Source: an uncultured Bacilli bacterium (GTDB taxonomy: Bacteria > Bacillota_I > Bacilli_A > RF39 > UBA660). Taken from it: 45,540 nt of DNA. The stretch is taken from assembly GCA_947632495.1 (NCBI GenBank), contig CANRPL010000003.1, forward strand, positions 1 to 45,540, in the 5' to 3' direction. The notes under the pieces were generated by a model. The model was not told where the DNA came from. It made no database searches and worked only from the letters and a program-made list of their open reading frames with translations. Below are positions 1-8,982 of this stretch, one piece after another; positions within the stretch are counted from its first letter, which is position 1, and every line of letters starts with the position of its first letter. The translations under genes were made by a program, and so were the position numbers.

Positions 1-452
1 CATAAATCCTCCTTAATACTAAAGAATACTAAACCAATAACTGCTAAAACAATACAGGTATCAGCAAAATTGAAAATAGGATATTCGTAATTGAAAATAA
101 TAAAGCCTAAATAATCAATAACATAGTGATATATTAGGCGGTCACAAAGATTACCTAAAATACCACCTATAAGCATACTAATTAATAATATCTCAATTCT
201 ACTTAACTCTTTACCTTTGATAAAGAAATAATAGATAGCTCCTAACGCTAAAAAAGTTATCAGTATTAAAAAAAGATAATTACCACTAAAAGAGCTAAAG
301 GCGGCACCATCATTATGAACATTGGTAAGATAAAAAAAAGATGGTATAACTTCAATACTAACATTTAATTTAATTAAATTACTTACAACAATTTTAATAA
401 TTTGATCAATGACAAAAAACAACGTACTTAATAAAAATAAACTCTTTTTCAT
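1..452 (-). CDS. lspA: Lipoprotein signal peptidase II (3' end runs off the window)
   Basis: Not in the ORF track; manual translation MKKSLFLLSTLFFVIDQIIK...VHNDGAAFS...GNLCDRL...VIDY...YPIFNFAD shows the LspA motifs DQxxK, NxGAAF, GNxxDR, FNxAD. The frame is open to position 1, where it overlaps the AGGAGG-N4-ATG start of the next gene. Confidence 0.95.
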   Translation of the reverse strand, partial: MKKSLFLLSTLFFVIDQIIKIVVSNLIKLNVSIEVIPSFFYLTNVHNDGAAFSSFSGNYLFLILITFLALGAIYYFFIKGKELSRIEILLISMLIGGILGNLCDRLIYHYVIDYLGFIIFNYEYPIFNFADTCIVLAVIGLVFFSIKEDL

Positions 453-496
453 CACATCACCACTATCATTATATCACATTTGATTTAAGGTAACAA

Positions 497-522
497 AAAT
501 AGAAAGCAATAGCTTTCTATTT
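497..522 (-). terminator. Intrinsic terminator after the small ORF
   Basis: Inverted repeat aaatagaaagc-aata-gctttctattt overlapping the TAG at 517-519, with T-run on the minus strand. Confidence 0.8.
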
Positions 523-669
523 CATTTTTTCTAGTTTTTCCGTAGCTGTGTCAATAGCTGTATCCATTAAGCAGTTAACTTTTTCTTTTAATGGCTGCTT
601 ATATTTTTGATAGGCTAATACACCAAGCGCACCTACCGCTATCATAGCCATATCACGTCCCATTTGCAC
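517..669 (-). CDS. Small 48-50 aa protein, YrzQ/DUF3918-like putative forespore protein
   Basis: Manual translation (V/M)QMGRDMAMIAVGALGVLAYQKYKQPLKEKVNCLMDTAIDTATEKLEKMK*; RBS GAGGTG 5 nt before GTG at 669 (alternative ATG at 663); own terminator and sigma-G-like promoter. Family call is from remembered similarity. Confidence 0.8.
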   Translation of the reverse strand: MQMGRDMAMIAVGALGVLAYQKYKQPLKEKVNCLMDTAIDTATEKLEKMK

Positions 670-687
670 AATATCACCTCACACTAG

Positions 688-715
688 AAAATGTATATAT
701 TTCTATATACATTTT
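688..715 (-). terminator. 12-bp perfect hairpin, probable terminator of 749..1315
   Basis: aaaatgtatata-tttc-tatatacatttt; AT-rich so weak, and it overlaps the predicted transcription start of the small ORF. Confidence 0.5.
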
Positions 716-744
716 TAGTATGAACAACATTTCCCGCAATATAC
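716..744 (-). promoter_or_regulatory. Sigma-G-like promoter
   Basis: Minus strand GTATA (744-740) - 17 nt - CATACTA (722-716), matching the Bacillus sigma-G consensus GNATR-N17/18-CATNNTA. Confidence 0.6.
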
Positions 745-748
745 AATT

Positions 749-1315
749 TTAGTCTTCCTTATGGCAAGCGAAAGATTCATTATCTTCAACATCATGTAAA
801 GTCATTGACTCTTGATCATCACCATAAATAGTTATTTCATATGCATTTTTCTCTCCGCCACCATAAGATTTACCATCAACTTTTTTATCCTCTATTGAGA
901 AATTAGTATCATACTTGTATTCAGCATCACCATTAGTAACACTAGTATGATATCCATTAATTTTATATGTACCATTAATAACGATTGTCTGTGATGAATT
1001 GTACATTACAAACCTTTTTTCATCAGTATTAAATTCGACAATATCATTATCGCATATCCATTTACCATCTAGTAGTTCTCCAGTCTCAATAAGTTTAGTT
1101 CCGACAATAAATGCAATAACGAAAATAACAGCAAAGAAACCGATAACACCTAATAAAACCCATAGCCAAACTTTACTAGATTTCTTTTGATTATAAGGGT
1201 TAGGATAATTATACATGGGCTGATTAACAGGATATCCCGGATATTGTTGATTAACGGGATATGGCTGTTGATTATAAGGATTAACTCCTTGATTATTGTT
1301 CATATTTTGATTCAT
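749..1315 (-). CDS. Hypothetical single-pass membrane protein with N/Q/P/Y-rich N-terminus and beta-rich extracellular domain
   Basis: ORF track; GGAGGAG RBS; low-complexity N-terminus (NPYNQ x2, YPVNQ x2), KK then a hydrophobic helix, then LDGKW (lipocalin-like GxW start). Confidence 0.8.
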   Translation of the reverse strand: MNQNMNNNQGVNPYNQQPYPVNQQYPGYPVNQPMYNYPNPYNQKKSSKVWLWVLLGVIGFFAVIFVIAFIVGTKLIETGELLDGKWICDNDIVEFNTDEKRFVMYNSSQTIVINGTYKINGYHTSVTNGDAEYKYDTNFSIEDKKVDGKSYGGGEKNAYEITIYGDDQESMTLHDVEDNESFACHKED

Positions 1316-1426
1316 TTTACTCCTCCATTTTTCCTACTTTCCTACGCTAAAAATATAACATAAAAATTAAGATATGGCAATAACCAAAGAAAAAATGTTT
1401 AGATAAAAATGTTAAGCAATTAAATA

Positions 1427-3658
1427 TTAAAGAAAGTCATCATTCTTATTGTTACTTACTTCACATAAGCGCTCAACCATATCACTTTTACGAACTTGTT
1501 CATTATTACTATGAACACCACCTTCAAAAGCCATTGGTTCACCAATAATTATCAATTTCTTTTTAGCTCTAGTTACACCAGTATAAATAAGTTTACGATA
1601 TAACATACGGTGATAACTATGACAGATAGGCATAATGACAACATCAAATTCACTTCCCTGTGCTTTATGGATACTTATGATAAATCCATGCCTAATATTA
1701 GGTAGATCTTTAGGTGTATAAGTAACAATATTACCATCAAAATCAATACATATTTCTGTCTTACCACTTTTAGTTTGAACACCAGTTTTAATCGCTACAA
1801 TAGTTCCAATGTCACCATTATAAACATTATTATCAGGATCATTTACTAATTGTAAGACCTTATCATTTTCCCGATAAATTATATCCCCATATTTAAACTC
1901 TTTAGATGTTTTTTGAGGAGGATTAAATATTTTTTGTAGAATTTTATTTAAATTATCAATACCATTAACACCGGCATACATTGGAGCCATAATTTGATAA
2001 TTCTTATAATCATAATTTTTACTTACTAACTGTTTACATACCTTTGATAAATTTTCAATAATATTACTTTCATCGCAAGGTATAAAACTATAATCTCCTT
2101 TAATAGTTGTAAAATCAGTTAAAGTATCATCTTTAATTTCTTCAGCCAAAAGAGGAATATAACTATCTTCTTTTTGACGATATAGTGTATCAAGTTCAAC
2201 TGTGTCAATCACTTTACTATCAATTAAATCCTTTAATAAACTACCAGGTCCAACACTTGGTAATTGATTATAATCACCTACTAAAACTAATTGAATATTT
2301 AAAGTTAATCCTCTAAACAAACTATCCATAAGCGCTACATCGATCATACTTACTTCATCGACAATTACTAACTGACTAAAATCAGGATTATACTCATTAA
2401 TACCAAAAGTATTAGTCTCTTTATTCCACTTTAAAAAGCGGTGAATAGTACTAGCCGGTAAATTCGTTGCTTCACTTAATCTTTTACTAGCGCGACCAGT
2501 AGGCGCTAAAAGAGCTAGACTACTGATAAGCTCACTATTATTATATTTCTTTAACTGTTGATATAAATTAACAATAGCTTTAATAATCATCGTCTTCCCT
2601 GTTCCTGGTCCACCAGTAATAATTAAAATATTATTTTGCATAGCTTTCGTAATCGCTAAACGTTGCTTATCATTATATGTTATTTGACTACTCTCTTCTA
2701 ATTCCGTAATTAAACTATCTAAATTATGGTAAGCATTATTCTTTTTCTTACAAAGATGAAGCAAGCGATACACGATATTATCTACTCCCCTATCTAATTC
2801 GGCTAAATAATATCGATCACCTTTAATAACAATCTTTGTTTCATAGTTTAATTCCTCTAATAATTCAGCAATATATCCCTCATCTAAACCTAAATCTAGA
2901 TAATGGATAGTTGCGTAATATATTTCATCAAAATTTAAATAAAGGTCACCATTTTTAAATGTTAAAGTCTTCATAATATAGAAAAGACAAGCTTTAATTC
3001 GCTCAATCGAATCAGGTTCTAAATCCATATTATGCGCAATCGCATCAATTTTAGTAAAACTAATCTCGGGAATATCATCAACGATACTATATATATTTTG
3101 TTCAATAACCGAAATAGTATGACTTTTATAAGTATTATATATCGCTAAAGCATCACGCATAATAAAACCGAGTTCAGTCAAATAGACGATGGTTTTATGA
3201 CTTTCTTCATACCTAATTAAAGTCTCATATATCAATTTAGCTTTTTTACTTGATAATTTAGGAACTAGCATTAAAACACTCTCATCAGCTAATATTTCAT
3301 CAAGAGCCTTATCACCTAGTGTATTAACAATCTTTTCAGCCATTTTCTCTCCTATCCCAGGAAATAAATCACTAGCTAAAAAAGCGACAACTCCATCGCG
3401 ATCTTCCGGTTTAACACGTTCATAAGAACTGACATTAAATTGAAAACCATATTTTGGATGAACTGTTTCTTCACCTTTAAAATAATAATTTTCATTTTCA
3501 TTTAACTCATGAAAATAACCAGTTATAGTAATAACTTTGTTAACATAATCTTTCATCGCATCAAGATCGGTATCTTTGATTTTAACTAAACCAATAACAT
3601 AACCATTATCGGAGCTAAAAATTTTTTGGCGAAAAGTTCCCATTATATAGTTTTCCAT
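1427..3658 (-). CDS. recD2: ATP-dependent RecD2 (RecD-like SF1B) DNA helicase
   Basis: Walker A GGPGTGKT, LAPTGRASK, STIHR, DEVSM, GDYNQLPSVGPG, IHKAQGSEF, YTGVTRAK; N-terminal HPKYGxQF and HhH region. Start moved to ATG 3658 (GGTGG RBS, TGATATAAT upstream). Confidence 0.95.
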   Translation of the reverse strand: MENYIMGTFRQKIFSSDNGYVIGLVKIKDTDLDAMKDYVNKVITITGYFHELNENENYYFKGEETVHPKYGFQFNVSSYERVKPEDRDGVVAFLASDLFPGIGEKMAEKIVNTLGDKALDEILADESVLMLVPKLSSKKAKLIYETLIRYEESHKTIVYLTELGFIMRDALAIYNTYKSHTISVIEQNIYSIVDDIPEISFTKIDAIAHNMDLEPDSIERIKACLFYIMKTLTFKNGDLYLNFDEIYYATIHYLDLGLDEGYIAELLEELNYETKIVIKGDRYYLAELDRGVDNIVYRLLHLCKKKNNAYHNLDSLITELEESSQITYNDKQRLAITKAMQNNILIITGGPGTGKTMIIKAIVNLYQQLKKYNNSELISSLALLAPTGRASKRLSEATNLPASTIHRFLKWNKETNTFGINEYNPDFSQLVIVDEVSMIDVALMDSLFRGLTLNIQLVLVGDYNQLPSVGPGSLLKDLIDSKVIDTVELDTLYRQKEDSYIPLLAEEIKDDTLTDFTTIKGDYSFIPCDESNIIENLSKVCKQLVSKNYDYKNYQIMAPMYAGVNGIDNLNKILQKIFNPPQKTSKEFKYGDIIYRENDKVLQLVNDPDNNVYNGDIGTIVAIKTGVQTKSGKTEICIDFDGNIVTYTPKDLPNIRHGFIISIHKAQGSEFDVVIMPICHSYHRMLYRKLIYTGVTRAKKKLIIIGEPMAFEGGVHSNNEQVRKSDMVERLCEVSNNKNDDFL

Positions 3659-3703
3659 GTTAACCACCATTTTCATTATATCATGCAAACAAATGTTTTT
3701 ACA

Positions 3704-3730
3704 ATAATCAATTATGGGATGACATATAAT
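3704..3730 (+). promoter_or_regulatory. Sigma-E(/K)-like promoter of sigK
   Basis: ATA (3704-3706) - 16 nt - CATATAAT (3723-3730), fitting the sigma-E consensus ATa-N16-18-CATAcaaT; sigK is sigma-E/K transcribed in Bacillus. Confidence 0.55.
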
Positions 3731-3746
3731 ATATGGGAAGTGATTT

Positions 3747-4439
3747 ATGTTTAATTTTTTAAAATGGCTCTTTCAAGATTTTCACCTTTTTTGTGCTGCC
3801 TATTCAAATAATATTTTTCCTGATCCACTCACAAAAGAAGAAGAGACAATCTTACTAGAAAAGATGAAAAGCGGTGATAAAGAAGCCCGTAATGCTTTGA
3901 TTGAACACAATTTACGATTGGTCGCCCATATTGTTAAAAAATATGATAATAAAAGTGAAGATATCGATGATTTAATAAGTATCGGTACCATTGGCTTGAT
4001 TAAAGGAATTGATTCTTTTAATAGTAAACATAACGCTAAACTGACAACTTATATCGCTAAATGTATTGAAAATGAAATTCTTATGTATTACCGCGCTAAT
4101 AAACGCAATAATCGAAATATAAGTTTAAATGAAGCAATCGGTTTTGATAAAGAAGGTGATGAAATAACGTTATTAGATATTCTTAAAACACCTACACCTG
4201 ACTTTGCTTTAGATATTCATAATCAAAATAATATTAAATTAATTGATAAATATTTTCATGTTCTAACGGAACGAGAGAAAGAAATAATTACCAAAAGATA
4301 TGGTTTAAATGATGAAGACAAAATGACCCAAAAAGAAATCGCTAAAAAATTTAATATCTCACGTAGTTATGTATCCCGTATTGAAAAAAGAGCTTTAACT
4401 AAAATGTTAAAAGAATATATCAAAAATAAAGATAATTAA
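3747..4439 (+). CDS. sigK: Sporulation sigma factor pro-SigK, uninterrupted
   Basis: Hydrophobic pro-sequence then NNIFPDPL; LIEHNLRLVAHIVKK (SigK-type rather than SigE ERNLRLVVYIA), DLISIGTIGLIK, CIENEILM, TQKEIA...ISRSYVSRIEKRAL. Confidence 0.93.
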   Translation: MFNFLKWLFQDFHLFCAAYSNNIFPDPLTKEEETILLEKMKSGDKEARNALIEHNLRLVAHIVKKYDNKSEDIDDLISIGTIGLIKGIDSFNSKHNAKLTTYIAKCIENEILMYYRANKRNNRNISLNEAIGFDKEGDEITLLDILKTPTPDFALDIHNQNNIKLIDKYFHVLTEREKEIITKRYGLNDEDKMTQKEIAKKFNISRSYVSRIEKRALTKMLKEYIKNKDN

Positions 4440-4465
4440 AAAATAGGAGGTTAACTCCTATTTTT
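4439..4465. terminator. Bidirectional terminator between convergent sigK and nifJ
   Basis: aaaaataggag-gttaa-ctcctattttt. Confidence 0.85.
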
Positions 4466-7400
4466 CAAGACTTTGATAATATTCGAATGACTTCATCGCA
4501 TAATCACGATTAGCCTCTAATAAAGAACTAGCTTTATCAGGGTTAATTACTTTAAGCATATTATAACGCGTTTGGTTATTTAAAAATTCATCATATAACG
4601 TAAAATCAACTTTCTTACTATCCAAAGTAAAACCATCGTCCGGATGTCTTCTAAACGTTAAGAAATATCCACATTCAGTAGCTAATTTTTCCATCGCTAC
4701 ACTATTTTCCATACCACCCTTAATACCATGAGAGATACATGGTGTGTAGGCAATAATAATAGCTGGTCCATCATACTCATTAGCTTCTTTAAAAGCTTTA
4801 ATAGCCTGAACAGGATTAGCCCCTAATGAGATTTGCGCAACATAAACATCTGGATAAGACATCGCTATACGTGCCAAATCCTTTTTATTAGTCTTTTTAC
4901 CTGTGGATGCAAACGAAGCAATCGCACCTTTAGGACTGGCTTTAGATGATTGACCACCCGTATTTGAATATACTTGGCTATCTAAAACTAAAATTTTAAT
5001 ATTATCATGACTTGCTAAAACATGGTCAATACCACTGAATCCAATATCATAAGCCCAACCATCACCACCAATACACCAAATATTACGCATCGTAATATAA
5101 TCCTTTAAGTCTTTTAATTCTTTAGGTATATTATCAGTTAAATGATCATAGACATCTTTAGTTACTTCATAACTATTAGGATTTTCTAACCACTTACTAA
5201 ATAGTGGAGCATTTTCATTATCCATATTTTGACTCATAATACGCGCTATTTTATGACGCGTAATATTGTTAGCGACTAACATACCATAGCCATATTCAGC
5301 ATTATCCTCAAATAGACTGCTAGCCCATGGAACCGTATATGGTATATTAGGGGCACTACCACCATAGATTGATGAACAACCTGTCGCATTACTAATAATT
5401 AGATGTTCACCAAATAATTGAGTAAGTAATTTAATATAAGCTGTTTCACCACATCCAGCACAGGCTCCAGAAAAGGCAAAGCGGGGTTTATTAAATTGGC
5501 TATTCTTAAGAGTATAGGTATTACCTATCTCTTTTTTAGAAATATTTTGATCTAAATAATCAAATACCTCTTGTTCAGATTGATCAATCTGATCCATCAT
5601 TAACGCCTTATTGCCACGCATACCTGGGCAAATATTAACACAGACACCACAACCCGTACAATCAGCGACAGAGGCACTTACAATATAATAGTAGTCCATA
5701 CCTATAGCCTTAATAGCGCGGTCTTTAATAATATCCGGTGCAGCTTGATATTCTTGTTCATCTAATAAGAAAGGTCTTATAACACCATGTGGACAATATA
5801 GTGAACATTGATTGCAATTAGAGCAATTTTTATTAATCCAACGGGGAACAACGGAGCTGATATATCGCTTTTCAAGACTACTTGTTCCACTTTCAAATAT
5901 ACCGTCAGCACGATCAACAAAAGCCGATACCTTTAAACTATCCCCTTTACGTTTCATAATTGTTTCTAGGAAAGATAAATTTTCTAATTTTGGTTCTTCA
6001 CCTGTCATTTCAAGTGAAAATTCTTGTATTTTTTTAGTAACTAAATTAATAGAATCAAGATTAGCTTTGACGACTTGATCGCCCTTTTTAGCAAATTTAG
6101 TTTTGATACTATCAGCAATCTTATCAAGAGCCTCATCATATGGGATAATATTACTTAAATACATAATGGCGCTTTCCATAATCATACTGATTTTACCCTT
6201 TAAACCAACTTGATCAGCTAATTCATAAGCATTGATGTAATAAAGATGGGCATGACGTTTAATTAATACTTCTTTTAAATGCTTATTCATCATTTTATTT
6301 ATTTCTTCTTTAGAATGAATAGAATTGATAATAACCGTACAGTTATCCATAACATCATCTAATAGTTCAAATTCTTCTAAATACTTATCTTTAGCAACAA
6401 CTACTAAAGAAGGTTTTAACACATAATAAGAAGAACGAATACATTTTGGACTAAAGCGTAAGTGACTACAAGTTACACCACCACTTTTTTTAGAATCGTA
6501 TTGAAAATATCCTTGAACATAATTATCAGTATTATCACCAATTAATTTAATAATTGATTTAGAAGCACTAACCATACCATCACTACCATAGCCATAGATA
6601 AGCCATTCATGAGCTTGGTCAATATCGATAGGTACGGGTGTTAAACTTAAATGGGTTACATCATCATCAATACCGATTGTAAAATTATTAACTGGATGAT
6701 TTAACATATCATATACGGCATTAATATCCGCTGGTGTCGTATTTTTACTAGATAAACCATAACGTCCACCAACAATATTGATATCTTTATCTTTAAGAGC
6801 ATTAACAACATCTAAATATAGTGGTTCACCATTACTACCAGCCTCTTTAGTACGATCTAAAACCGCTATGGCTTTTACAGATTTAGGAAGGACATTACAT
6901 AAGTATTTGGCACTAAAAGGTCGATATAGATGAACTTCAATTAAACCGACATCATCTTTAGTATCCACAACTTCTTTAATAGTTTCACAAACTGATCCCA
7001 TGGCTACTATAACTTTAGATGCATTCTTACTTCCATAGTAATTAAATGGTTTATAGTCCGTATCAGCTTTCACATTTATTTTTTCCATATATTCATTGAC
7101 AATATCTGGTAAGGCGTCATAATATTTGTTACGAGCTTCCGTTGTTTGAAAATAAATATCTTCATTTTGTGCGGTACCATAAGTACATGGATGATGAGGA
7201 TTTAAAGCGCGCATACGAAATTTAGTTAAAGCATTTTGATCAATCATATCGGCATAATCCGTAGCTTCTAAAACATCTATTTTTTGAATTTCATGACTTG
7301 TTCTAAAGCCATCAAAGAAATGCATAAAAGGTAAACTAGATTTAATACTAGCTAAATGCGCTACCGCACTTAAATAAGCGGTATCTTGAACTGAAGAAGA

Positions 7401-7820
7401 TGCTAACATTGCAAAGCCAGTCATACGGCAGGCATAAATATCTTGATGATCGCCAAAGATACTAAGCGCATGAGTCGATAAAGAACGAGCCGCTACATGA
7501 ATGACACCAGGTAACATCTCACCAGCAATTTTATACATATTAGGAATCATTAAAAGAAGTCCTTGACTAGCAGTAAAGGTCGTCGTTAAACATCCAGCTT
7601 TTAATGAGCCATGAATGAAACCCGCTGCTCCACCTTCACTTTGCATCTCAACAACTTTAACTTTATCATTAAATAAATTTAGACGTTTACTACTCATCTC
7701 ATCTATATGTTCAGCCATTGGACTAGATGGTGTGATAGGATAGATACCAGCTACCTCTGTAAACATATAAGCTGTATAACTGCAAGCTTCATTACCATCA
7801 ACGGTTATTTTCTTCTTCAT
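4458..7820 (-). CDS. nifJ: Pyruvate:ferredoxin (flavodoxin) oxidoreductase, single-chain type
   Basis: YPITPSS, EMQSEGGAAG, FFDGFRTSHE, YDSKKSGG, two CxxCxxCxxxCP motifs, GACAGCGET, TPP motif GGDGWAYDIG, YSNTGGQ. Confidence 0.97.
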   Translation of the reverse strand: MKKKITVDGNEACSYTAYMFTEVAGIYPITPSSPMAEHIDEMSSKRLNLFNDKVKVVEMQSEGGAAGFIHGSLKAGCLTTTFTASQGLLLMIPNMYKIAGEMLPGVIHVAARSLSTHALSIFGDHQDIYACRMTGFAMLASSSVQDTAYLSAVAHLASIKSSLPFMHFFDGFRTSHEIQKIDVLEATDYADMIDQNALTKFRMRALNPHHPCTYGTAQNEDIYFQTTEARNKYYDALPDIVNEYMEKINVKADTDYKPFNYYGSKNASKVIVAMGSVCETIKEVVDTKDDVGLIEVHLYRPFSAKYLCNVLPKSVKAIAVLDRTKEAGSNGEPLYLDVVNALKDKDINIVGGRYGLSSKNTTPADINAVYDMLNHPVNNFTIGIDDDVTHLSLTPVPIDIDQAHEWLIYGYGSDGMVSASKSIIKLIGDNTDNYVQGYFQYDSKKSGGVTCSHLRFSPKCIRSSYYVLKPSLVVVAKDKYLEEFELLDDVMDNCTVIINSIHSKEEINKMMNKHLKEVLIKRHAHLYYINAYELADQVGLKGKISMIMESAIMYLSNIIPYDEALDKIADSIKTKFAKKGDQVVKANLDSINLVTKKIQEFSLEMTGEEPKLENLSFLETIMKRKGDSLKVSAFVDRADGIFESGTSSLEKRYISSVVPRWINKNCSNCNQCSLYCPHGVIRPFLLDEQEYQAAPDIIKDRAIKAIGMDYYYIVSASVADCTGCGVCVNICPGMRGNKALMMDQIDQSEQEVFDYLDQNISKKEIGNTYTLKNSQFNKPRFAFSGACAGCGETAYIKLLTQLFGEHLIISNATGCSSIYGGSAPNIPYTVPWASSLFEDNAEYGYGMLVANNITRHKIARIMSQNMDNENAPLFSKWLENPNSYEVTKDVYDHLTDNIPKELKDLKDYITMRNIWCIGGDGWAYDIGFSGIDHVLASHDNIKILVLDSQVYSNTGGQSSKASPKGAIASFASTGKKTNKKDLARIAMSYPDVYVAQISLGANPVQAIKAFKEANEYDGPAIIIAYTPCISHGIKGGMENSVAMEKLATECGYFLTFRRHPDDGFTLDSKKVDFTLYDEFLNNQTRYNMLKVINPDKASSLLEANRDYAMKSFEYYQSLEK

Positions 7821-7845
7821 ATAATCACCATATCAATTATAACAT

Positions 7846-7873
7846 AAAAGGAAAGATATTGACTATCTTTCCT
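7846..7873 (-). terminator. Intrinsic terminator closing the PFL-like operon
   Basis: aggaaagata-ttgac-tatctttcct with T-run on the minus strand, directly at the stop of 7872..8981. Confidence 0.8.
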
Positions 7874-8981
7874 AACTTAAACATTTTGATTTGATGGCAT
7901 TTTCAATCTTATTATATCCTGATGTACGATAGTGAACTGCATCACCAAAATCAGAATTTGTAAGGCCTAAACCAGTACTGATATCGCAGTATTTTAGGTT
8001 CTTAACACGAGCATTACGAAGAGATTGTTCCATTTGAGTATTAAAGGTATCAATACTAGCTTTAGAAACAGGCCATCTACCACCACTGTTTACGCCTCTA
8101 ATAGGTGTAACTGAAGCAAAGACAACATAATGATTTTTCCATTCTGATTGAGCTTGACTAACAACTAAACTAGCATATTTTTGGGCTGAAGATCGCCCAA
8201 AATTAACATCGGAGCCAACATCATTAGCACCCATTAAAATAACAATATTATAACGTGTATTAGGATCTCTATTAAGTAGACCATTAACAGATGAAATCGC
8301 TGTTGATTTGAACCAAGCATACCCCATGGCGCCTCTTGCTACAGCTAATTCACCACGACAAGAACCAACATATAAAGAAACTGTTGCTTGACCACAGAAA
8401 CCAACCGTTCTTGAGTCACCGACATAAATTGTCTTTGTTCCTTTTTTACCTGTACGATTACTTGTTGTCGGTTCTCCTATATTACTATAAGCATTAGAAT
8501 GCGTCTCATCGGTAACATTATTACCAGAACTTGATGCATGACAATTGTCCCCCTCATCCGTTCCATTATAGTATAAGAAACATGATATGCATTCGGAAAC
8601 AGATTTAGTATCATTATCATTACTTGTTACTCTAGTAATTACAAATTGGACTATAGCAGCAATAAGAAAAATAAAGGCTGCCATAATAAATTTTTTAAAT
8701 AATTTTTCCTTTGCCTTAAGCACCTTATCGGCATCACCTTTTCTAATAGCACTAATTAAGGTTATAATTGAAAAAATCATTAAGACTAATGGAGCGCCTA
8801 CCGTAAGAAGAGTATACGCAATTGTTGTAAGTTGAGGAATAGGTTTCGGTATTCCTTCTGCACTACCACAGCCAACATACTCTAAAGCACCAGCATATTT
8901 AGCTAGACTATCACTAGTAAAAAGGATTATACCCATAAAAATGAGATATAAAGATCCTAAAATCTTACACTTTTTACTCAT
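7872..8981 (-). CDS. Membrane protein: TrbC/VirB2-pilin-like two-helix domain fused to an SGNH/GDSL hydrolase domain
   Basis: Signal-like N-terminus, two hydrophobic helices joined by GDADKVLKAKEKL, Cys-containing S/T/N linker, then SGNH blocks YVGDSRT, GAND and DAVHY. The SGNH call is strong; the pilin-like call is pattern recognition. Confidence 0.7.
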   Translation of the reverse strand: MSKKCKILGSLYLIFMGIILFTSDSLAKYAGALEYVGCGSAEGIPKPIPQLTTIAYTLLTVGAPLVLMIFSIITLISAIRKGDADKVLKAKEKLFKKFIMAAFIFLIAAIVQFVITRVTSNDNDTKSVSECISCFLYYNGTDEGDNCHASSSGNNVTDETHSNAYSNIGEPTTSNRTGKKGTKTIYVGDSRTVGFCGQATVSLYVGSCRGELAVARGAMGYAWFKSTAISSVNGLLNRDPNTRYNIVILMGANDVGSDVNFGRSSAQKYASLVVSQAQSEWKNHYVVFASVTPIRGVNSGGRWPVSKASIDTFNTQMEQSLRNARVKNLKYCDISTGLGLTNSDFGDAVHYRTSGYNKIENAIKSKCLS

Positions 8982-8982
8982 A

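Noticed and set aside
7872-8981. Conjugative element implied by the pilin-like domain
   Set aside because: No VirB4, VirD4, relaxase or integrase nearby; flanks are core metabolic genes.
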